From positions 5,828,001 through 5,892,000 of the forward strand of contig OZ024751.1 in the NCBI GenBank assembly GCA_964016885.1: a DNA stretch of 64,000 nt, written 5' to 3'. Of the stretch, positions 54,470-64,000 are shown in pieces (within the stretch, counting starts at the first letter, position 1; each line of letters begins with the position of its first letter). The DNA comes from Eledone cirrhosa. Lineage: Eukaryota. Made by a program: the position numbers and the translations under genes. The notes beneath the pieces were generated by a model. It worked only from the letters and a program-made list of their open reading frames with translations, searched no databases and was not told the origin of the DNA.

Positions 54470-55964
54470 GCATCGGTTTACCGAACATTTATTATAATGC
54501 TCGGTTTGTTTGTAAACAAACAGCCCGAATTATTAGCCGAACAGTGAGCAGCCTAATTTGCATATCGAGTGAGTTAGTCGGCCGGGCGTACTGAAAACGA
54601 TAAATGGAAAAAATGAAATTTCATTTCTCACTCTTTCTACGACTGACACTTAAATATAAGTATGTATACGTACATACATATATATATACAGACGTACAGG
54701 AGTATGTATATACATACATACATGCACACATATATATATATATGTGCTTATGGGTTTACCAAACATTTATTATAATGTTAGGTTTGTTTGTAAACAAACA
54801 GCCCGAAGTATTAGCCGTACAGTTTTCGGCAACAATCGTTGCCCTTTTGTTCAACACTGACAAAGGAACGATGAACTAGTTTCTAGCTAATTAGCTGTCA
54901 TCAGCATCGTATACCTTCGTGTCAGTCGATTGAACGTTTGAAAGTATATACTTTCCTTATTTATATTAACGGCTGAGCAGCCTAATTTGCATATCGAGTG
55001 AGTTAGTCGGCCGGGCGTACTTAAAACGATAAATGGAAAAAATGAAATTTCATTTCTCACTCTTTCTACGGCTGATACTTAAATATAAGTATGTATACGT
55101 ACATACATATATGTATACAGACGTACAGTAGTATGTATATACGTACATACATGCACACATATATATATATATATATGTACATATGGGTTTACCTAACATT
55201 TATTATAATGCTCGGTTTGTTTGTAAACAAACAGCCCGAAGTATTAGCCGTACAGTTTTCGGCAACAATCGTTGCCCTTTTGTTCAACACTGACAAAGGA
55301 ACGATGAACTAGTTTCTAGCTAATTAGCTGTCATCAGCACCGTATACATTCCTGTCAGTCGATTGAACGCTTGAAGGTATATACTTTCCTTATGAATATT
55401 AACGGCTGAGCAGCCTAATTTGCATATCGAGTGAGTTAGTCGGCTGGGCGTACCGAAAACGATAAATGGAAAATGAAATTTCATTTCTCACTCTTTGTAC
55501 GGCTGATACTTAAATATAAGTATGTATACGTACATACGTGCATATGTATACAGACGTACAGTAGTATGTATATACATACATACACACACACACACACATA
55601 TATATATGTACGTATGCGTTTACCGAACATTTATTACAATGCTCGGTTTGTTTGTAAACAAACAGCCCGATTTATTAGCCGTACAGTGTTCGTCAACCAT
55701 CGTTGGCCATTTTTTCAACACAGACAAGGGAACGATGAACTAGTTTCTAGCTTATTAGCTGTCATCAGCACCGTTTACCTTCGTGTAAGTCCATTGAACG
55801 TTTGAAAGTATATACTTTTCTTATGTATATTAACGACTGAGAAGCCTAATTTGCATATCAAGTGAGTTAGTCGGCCGGGCGTACCGAAAACATTAAATAG
55901 AAAAAATGATATTTCATTTCTCACTCTTTGTACGGCTGATACTTATATATAAGTATGTATACGT

Positions 55965-55975
<11 letters not shown>
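54356..55975 (-). mobile_element. Family R (retrozyme-like) locus 3: ~4 head-to-tail monomers
   Basis: Period 433/431 bp. HHRs at 54868-54910, 55301-55343 and 55732-55774 (acg[a/g]tg-CTGATGA-cagctaat[t/a]agcta-GAAA-ctag-TT-catcgt). The first monomer lacks the HHR block. Confidence 0.9.
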
Positions 55976-56052
<77 letters not shown>

Positions 56053-56099
56053 AATGAATAATAACAGGTAGAAATCATAAACAGGTAATTTATTCCGTG

Positions 56100-56211
56100 T
56101 GCTTACAAATGTTTCCACGGTGGTTAGACAGCCTAGTTATGCGATGACCAAATTTATAACTATTTGCAAAACTCAATTATCAAATGCTGTGACCACTGTA
56201 TCATCAGAGCA
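56100..56211 (-). ncRNA. Hammerhead ribozyme with long stem II in a PLE-type 3' end (56050-56660)
   Basis: Minus strand: tgct-CTGATGA-tacagtggtcacagc...accaccgtg-GAAA-catttg-TA-agca. Confidence 0.72.
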
Positions 56212-56889
56212 GAATGGTTAAAATGTACAATGTAAATACCCTTAAGTGAGGTTATTGGGGAAGATAGAGTAGAAAAGGAAGAGAGAAAAGAAGGGGAGAG
56301 GGAGAGAGAGAGATATGATGCAGGAGTTGGAGAAATGGGAGAGAGTGGTTTGTAGATATCTTAATCAAAATGGTGTGGTAGGGGTTTTATTATTCTGGTT
56401 ACTCTTAAAGCGACCACCTTATCGATGCGTTGATAGTTAAGGTTGGAATTATTTATTGCCACATAGGGCAGGTTCATAGATGTGGAGAGGGAGGGAGGTG
56501 GACCTAGGGCGAGAGAGAGAGAGAGAGAGAGGTAGAGAGAGGGGGGAATGAATAGAGACAGAGAGATAGAGAGGGGACAGACGAAAGCTATGGGAGAGGT
56601 GTACATTGAATTTATAGTAGTAGTCTACAAATTGCACTAAGTTTCAATTTATATTGATAAGCAGGGTATTGTCTTGTAGTGTGGGGGAAGATAAAGTGGT
56701 TAGCTAGAAATCAATGTTATAGTTACGGGTTCGAATGTTAAGTTATTTTATAGTGAGAGAATTTAGCCTTCAGTTTGTGGTTGCACTATAATGATCGTTC
56801 GATTCTATCATTTAGTAATTTATTTTTGGATTTTAAGATGTAAAAGAGTTCAAAGTTACATAACCTACAGTACTTCAATCCATTCCGAT

Positions 56890-57020
56890 ATGCACTAGCG
56901 CTAGAAAGTATATCCCATTTCAATTAAACATCCTAATCACCGTTTTGTGACCACGCTCGCCAACAAGACCTGGCAACTCCGTGAACGCAACCAACAGTTC
57001 ACCTTGAAATGGGATATACC
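56890..57020 (+). pseudogene. PLE GIY-YIG endonuclease fragment
   Basis: SIKHPNHRFVTTLANKTWQLRERNQQFTLKWDI parallels the H.SF...LIWKLK...W segment at ~50290-50400. Confidence 0.55.
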
Positions 57021-58077
57021 GACCTAAGTCCGGAGCAACCACAGTAAATAAGGTACGCAATACATGTGTAGAGTGACGAGAGCAGAGTTTTATATAGAAA
57101 AGGCTTCTACTGTTTCATTCGTATGAAACACTTCTAGTCCTGTAGAGGCTGTGTCATTAACACGTCAATTAGTTGTATTTTCAGAAGTGGAAGTGTCTAA
57201 AATAAGTAATGAGCATGTGAACAGTTTTTCAAGAATCTTATCGTTTGAACAGCAATGTTTTCTACAACAATCATTTGTGTAAATCAAATTGTCTTTCCTC
57301 TTCATATATGATATGTTTATGTTTGAATACGATGTGGTGTTTTATACAGCAACGTAGGTGTTAATATGTAGATAACGCATTCTTCGTTTATTTTCTTTTT
57401 CTTGTGTTCCAGATATTCAACTCTGATAGACTTATTTACTCTTTACTTATCTTAAAATGAAGTATGAAATTATATTACAGAAACAAAAATGATTTTTCGG
57501 AATTGTTTGAACAACAGAAAGGATATATTAGTTTATGTTTGTATGAAATATATTTAATGCCATTAAACCAACTGCACCATATTTTCATGTCAAAAGTAAT
57601 TTGGTTTACGATTTTTCAAATATTTTATGTAAGCCAAGAAAAAGAAATACTTTTGTAAATTATATTGAGTTATTTTTCAGTAGTGTACATTAAATTAAAT
57701 CATATTTTATAGCCATTTATTCACCGATAGGCCCCAATGCCGCATATCTACGATAGAAGGTATTTTATCAGTAGATATTCCTAAATATTTTTATGAATCT
57801 TTCATTATAATATATACCCTGGTTAAATATGGCTTAATCCAGCATGGGGTAAAATATAAACAGTCTTATTTCATTTCAACAATATTGGTTATAAATTGGT
57901 TGGCATTGTCCCGTAACTCCTAATAGAATCGTAGAGGCTCCGTATTGATATACGGCGTTTCTTTGGCATTTTTTAAAACTTAGTGGAGACCATCCCTTCC
58001 CAGGCCTGAGTACAGCAGATTTCTTCCAGAGAAAGTTAGAAAACGAGAGAGAAGATATGAGAAATAGATACAGAAGA

Positions 58078-58150
58078 AGAATCGACCAGTATTAGACTGG
58101 TACATTTTTTATCGACCTCGAAAGGATGAAAGGCAAAATGACCTCGGATA
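58078..58150 (-). mobile_element. Partial SINE (Nin/Deu-like core)
   Basis: gaatcgaccagt..ctggtac..atcgacctcgaaaggatgaaaggcaaa. Confidence 0.65.
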
Positions 58151-58811
58151 AAATGGTTAGGTATGGTTTAATCCAGCATGAGGTAAAATTTAAAGTCTTA
58201 TTTTATTTCAACAATATTGTTTATAAAATTATACAGTTACGTATTTTATTTTTGTTTTAGAAATACATCATATTTATTAGGACAATATGGCTCTCTCCAA
58301 ATACAATAATATCTGTTTCATCACACTAAGTCTCATCAAAAACATTGAAAAACAAATACATCGCCTATACAATTAAAACATTTACTTTTGTTGTTGCTCT
58401 GATTGTGTAGCCGCAGTGTAGCCAGGATCTGGTATTCCTTTGATCAATGTTGCAGCATTGACAAATATGTTAGATAGTGATCATAGTGTATTTAGGAGAG
58501 CATTAAAGGTTTTCTGGCATTCTGTTATGATCGGAAGGATATGTTTCTGCTACTTTCATCAAAATGCGTGATCCCGTATGTGTTAAAGTGTTCTCAGATA
58601 TCAGAGGAAGCAAACGTATATTCAGAAAATGCATTTATACAGCTGCACATCTTATAATTAAATTCACATATATATGATCGCTTGCACACCCGCACACACA
58701 CCCATGCGCACACAAACCCATGCACACACACACACACACACAGACACATACGACAATACACGAACAAATGTATTTTGAACCCATGATGTAATTTGTTCAT
58801 AGTGAAAGAAT

Positions 58812-58850
<39 letters not shown>

Positions 58851-59349
58851 CACACGCACATAATTATATATATATACGCATACATACACACACACATATA
58901 CACACATATATATATATACTTTCATACATATATACTTATACAGACATACACACATGTGTGTGTACAGTGAAAATCTTTGTTGTATATTTGATATCAACAG
59001 ATAGATAATATTTGAAAAAAAAAGAAAAAATGGCAGTAGCCATCTATTGCATATCTATATTTCCTATATAAGATTTTAATTTTAGTTGAATTGCCTGCCA
59101 GATACATGTTTTATAATATTCTCCTATCGATTCATGCACGCGATGGGGAGGCGAAAGAGTTAAAATTTTAAAGGTATGTAGAAAATAATATTGCATGAAC
59201 TGTTAGAAACATTAAATTTCCAACAATACTGGATAAATAACATGAAAATTAAAGAGCCTTAACAAAATATATTCACGCAAGCATATTTTATATATATATA
59301 ACATGTATACATATGTGTGTGTGTATGTGTGTGTGTGTACATACACATG

Positions 59350-59383
<34 letters not shown>

Positions 59384-59697
59384 TAGAGACATATATACAT
59401 ATATCATATATGTACATACATACATGTACAGATATATCCATATATACATACATACATATATATATGTATATATATATATATATCATATATATATATATCA
59501 TACATATATATATATTATATATATATATATATATCATATATATATATATAAAGAGGCTTAACAAAATATATTAACGCAAGCATATTCCAAATTGTATATC
59601 TATATTGAAAACAGGCAGCGTGTAATTACATATCACATGTAAATGTTCTCATATTTTATATAACTCTGATCTATGTCCCATCACATACATGCCTATA

Positions 59698-59792
<95 letters not shown>

Positions 59793-59893
59793 ATATATAT
59801 ATATACAATTACACACACACATACACAAACACACACACACACATATATATATACATATCGTTCTTAATCGATTAATCGATGACGTGGTTTCAG

Positions 59894-59966
<73 letters not shown>

Positions 59967-60979
59967 AATGTTTGCGTAAGAAAGAGTGTGTATGTTTGAC
60001 TGTAACGTATGACAGCATATATATATGTGTTCATATATATAGTCTTAAAATAGACGAGAACTGAATGGAGATCACGAATTGAAATATTAACTACACTGAA
60101 CTCTATCAATTATTACTTCGCCTCAATGAGAAGTGAAAAAAAAACAAACAAGCAAACAAACAAAACAAATCAAAACCAGTTCGTCTAATAAAAGTTTAAA
60201 AGACAACCTGAAGATATTAGATTACATATTGCTATATTTCAGTATGAAACTCCGAAAGAGTTGCGTGCATCAGAGAGCATTTCATTTGGAGTTAGGGAAC
60301 TCTCATATCATTCTGATTAATAGTATTTTTAATAACATCTTGTTTGTTTTTTCTCAAACTGGCAAAATTTATGTTGAAAAAAAAAATTCACTAAAACCAT
60401 GGTTTCGATTATGTCTGTTTTAAATATTCAAATCCAACGTGCATAAATATTTTCATTTTAATACATGTGATAGGCGAAACTGAATAAATCCTAAAATCGT
60501 AAGGAAACCCCAACTATCTCAAGCCACTACTTTTCAGAATTGAGAGTTCCCAGCTGTGATACTATGGGCATGTGGTTAGAATGTCTCAGAAAAGAATTGC
60601 TGGATAGATTTTACGGTCAAAACCAAACGCTAAGAGACCCATGAGTATACCCCGAGCAAGATGGTTGGATAACATCCATGAGCTTGGCGGGTCACGCTTG
60701 GGGATCCAGCCGGATCAGATGGAGATTCTGCCCACATGACCCTCTCAGGAATACGTGGGTGAAGAAGAAGAAGTATCAATGTTACTTTTTCTGTTTTGGT
60801 TTAGAGTGCGTGGAAATAATATGATATAAAGAGAGCCAGATAGATAGATATATAGACAGGCAGATAAATAGATAGATAAATTAATTTAATATGCTGGTTA
60901 AGATCTGTATATATATATGTAACATGTGTTGCGGTGCCGCCTGGGCGGCCAACGTGTGGGCTCCCATTTGTACATAATA

Positions 60980-61160
60980 ATTGTTTCTACTGTTAGCACA
61001 AGGCCAGCAATTACCCAGCGCATTACTGGTACTTTATTTTATCGACCCCGTAAGGATGAAAGGCAAAGTTAACCTCGGCGGGATTTGAACTCAAAATGGT
61101 GAGGGACGTAATTCTATGCGTCAAAGCATGGCGTCCGACCCTCTACCGATACTGCCAAAC
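60980..61160 (-). mobile_element. tRNA-derived SINE (Nin/Deu-like core)
   Basis: Closely similar to 33225-33415. Confidence 0.88.
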
Positions 61161-61759
61161 GATGGAGAGAGCGGGAGAAACGGTGGGAGTGGTAGTGGTA
61201 GTTTGGCTCCTTTGCTTTCGGACCTGATATAAAGTTATAGACTTATAGAAATACAGATATTTTGTATAAGAATACGAACATAATTCATTATGCAAATATC
61301 GAAGGTGACAATCGTCATATCGGAGGAAGGATATCAGCATTCCATTGGCCCTTTTATCGATCGTATTATCTGCTGTTGAAAACTCATTTGGCAGAGAAAG
61401 GAAACTGTGTTACAAATGTAATTGTACATATCACATAATCCAAGGTACTCTGTTCGACGTTTACACATACCAATAACCAATTGCACATGTACTATTTATC
61501 GACCCCGAAATAATGCAAATAATCTATGGACTAATTAGGATTTAAACACTGAGCGTAGGCATTTCAACCGACTCAGTTAATACCCCTATGTTATGCAAAC
61601 ATGGAATATTATTATTGGTTTGAGTTCAGTATGCAAATTAGTTTTTCTGCTGACAATAAAAAATATACAAAGATTTGGTGATTGAGGATACTTTGTTAAG
61701 TCCCACCGTGGCAAATAAATAAGGTGCATTTTATTTACACTGTATATATAATTTGTAGT

Positions 61760-61950
61760 GTGAAGGCACGTGGCTGAGTGGTTAAAGAATCACGAGGTTG
61801 TGAGCTCAATTTCAGACAGGGTGATGCGGTATTTCTGTGAGCAAAACACCTTATGTCACGTCGCTCTTTCTACCTGGATTTACGACCAGTAGATAGTATT
61901 AAAAATTGGAAAGACCAATGGAAACATTGTTTTCACGGTTCGATTTGACG
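61760..61950 (+). mobile_element. tRNA-derived SINE, second family
   Basis: gtgaaggcacgtggctgagtggtta...; the 3' part mirrors 24160-24240. Confidence 0.75.
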
Positions 61951-62787
61951 GGCTCCACCCCACTCGTTAAGCGAATGAGGTCTGGGATCTTGTTGATCGA
62001 CTGTTATATATATTTTATGCTCATTGCTATTTTGATCTGTATAATAGATCTGATCTAAGCTAAGATCTTATGAGTATGATGTTCAGAATCCGGGTTAAGG
62101 CTTCAACTAAGGAAATTATTCAATCAGAATTTCTAAGGCTGAATATAATAGGGGAACGAATTAACATGAATAAATCCTTATTTGAAAAATCTTGAGATTA
62201 AGATGTGTCCCTAAGATAAAGATGACTGATTTTAATGCACATTCACGCCTATAATTAAAATGCCCGCCAATAGAATATAGAGTTACGTATTTTTAAAAAA
62301 TAAATACATACATTCATAAACATATAACGGTTAAGTGTTATTTATTACATTCTATAATATACTAACCAATGTGTATAATGTTGATGGCAAAACAATATAA
62401 TATATACAATAAAATATATACGATTAACATTTTAGACATTTTACAATATTCGAAAAATATTCTTCTTAACAAGTAGTTTCTTGTTTTTATTTTAAAACAA
62501 ATAGCTTAAAATTACCGAACCTAAATATTATATCATTTAGTTATAGTCATGAATCATATTCGTGTCAACATGATTTTTAGTGACTTCGAATTATTAATTC
62601 ATTGACATTCATATACAATACTTTAAATATAATTGCCTACAGAGAAAATTATATCCGGATCCGGATTCTCTAATATAGTCCTTAAACTGTAAAGTGCAGA
62701 AGGAAAATATTTTTCAGAAACGTCATCGCAATATTTGTTAGGCTTACACACATATAATATCACTTGTTCTTTACACCTGCTTCTCAA

Positions 62788-62820
<33 letters not shown>

Positions 62821-62828
<8 letters not shown>

Positions 62829-63089
62829 GTGAGGTTTTTTTTACAAAATGAAAAATATCCGAGGTGTCCTACACGAGTGAAAGTATAAAGAAAAAGAGAT
62901 GAAATCGAAAATGCAACTGGAGTCTTATTTTTTTTTTTTTTAAATATATATATTTATTTGGTTCCTTTACCGGTTTCGCAGTTCTTCTGCTTTTCAAAAG
63001 AACTGCGAAACCAGTAAAGGAACCAAATAAATATATATATTTAAAAAAAAAAAAAGACTCCAGTTGCATTTTCGATTTCATCTCTTTTT

Positions 63090-63095
<6 letters not shown>
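62821..63095 (-). mobile_element. Fold-back element family D; second copy at 63801-64000 runs off the window
   Basis: Arms 62885-62987/62999-63095 plus ~65-nt tail, in (TA)n. Confidence 0.78.
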
Positions 63096-63120
<25 letters not shown>

Positions 63121-63124
<4 letters not shown>

Positions 63125-63415
63125 GAGGTTGTGAATACTTCGTATTTTGGATCGTTTTATTGTAGGGCGATGTTTGACTCAACAAGAGGTTCCCGTAGGT
63201 GGCGAGTTTATGAGTTCTTTTGTATTCCTATGTAAGTTTATCTTGGAGTAATAATATTGAAAGAGTGAAGAATAACATGGTCAACAGTACAAAAAAAAAA
63301 GGTTTTATTTACAGTCTTAGAAATTGTTTCACTGATTAAGTTGTCTAAAAATTGCTGAACACTTGAAGCTGTGCCACACAATTTTAAATGCGTTGTTAGC
63401 TTAACCAGATCATCA
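63121..63415 (-). mobile_element. Family C copy 3 (tail plus arm)
   Basis: Reverse complement of ~53330-53630. Confidence 0.7.
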
Positions 63416-63454
63416 GTTTTTCTTTGGATTTATTATTATTACTATATATATATA

Positions 63455-63644
63455 GGGCGGTTGATTGGCAGTATCGGTAGAGGGTCAGACACCATGCTTT
63501 CCAGCACAGTTACGTCCCTTTATGATCTGAGTTCAAATCCCGCCGAGGTTGACTTTTCCTTTCATCCTTACGGGGTCGATAAAATAAAGTACCAGTAATG
63601 CACTGGGTAATTGCTGGCCTTGTGCCTAAAGTAGAAACAATTAT

Positions 63645-63645
<1 letters not shown>
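63455..63645 (+). mobile_element. tRNA-derived SINE (Nin/Deu-like core)
   Basis: ggcggttgattggcagtatcggtagaggg...gagttcaaatcccgccgagg...gtaccagt. Confidence 0.88.
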
Positions 63646-63680
<35 letters not shown>

Positions 63681-63770
63681 CCTTATCGAGCCCTCTTTGG
63701 ATTTTAGTCTTCAAATTTATTATTATTACTATATATATATAAATACACACATACACACACACACACACAT

Positions 63771-63808
<38 letters not shown>

Positions 63809-64000
63809 GTGAAGTTTTTTTTACAAAATAAAAAATAACAGAGGTGTCCTACTCGAGTGAAAGTATAAAGAAAAAAAGATGAAATCGAAAATGCAACTGG
63901 AGTCTTATTTAAAAAAAATATATATATATTTATTTGGTTCCTTTACAGGGTTTCGCAGTTCTTCTGCTTTTCAAAAGTAGAGTTGAGATGGAGGGTCTGT

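Overview
AT-rich eukaryotic, probably cephalopod (Octopus-like) intergenic or intronic DNA. The taxon is inferred from the SINE families and the extreme (TA)n/(CA)n/(TCTA)n microsatellite load. I find no convincing host protein-coding gene; most ORFs in the track are microsatellite or minisatellite artefacts. The window is a nest of decayed mobile elements sitting in microsatellites: a Tx1/L1-clade LINE in (TCTA)n, tandem Helitrons with a Rep/PIF1 pseudogene and an internal 46-bp minisatellite, two RLE-type (Dong/R4-like) LINE relics, several Penelope-like elements (PLEs), and tRNA-derived SINEs. The most striking hidden signal is RNA-level. By eye I count about 20 intact-core minimal type I hammerhead ribozyme (HHR) motifs (stem I-CUGANGA-stem II-GAAA-palindromic stem III-UH-stem I') plus several relics, in at least eight sequence families. 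Eight motifs belong to a non-coding ~420-443-bp repeat family at three loci (6.6-7.1, 40.2-41.7 and 54.4-56.0 kb). It has one HHR per monomer, covarying stems and a conserved ATGCAAAT octamer, and looks like a retrozyme/newt-satellite-2-like system predicted to make self-cleaved monomeric or circular RNAs. One array has the same 'inverted arm + 3' tail in (TA)n' architecture as about a dozen PLE-type fold-back insertions here, which suggests mobilisation by PLE machinery. Coordinates were read manually and element ends are approximate. No ribozyme activity or expression can be shown from sequence alone.
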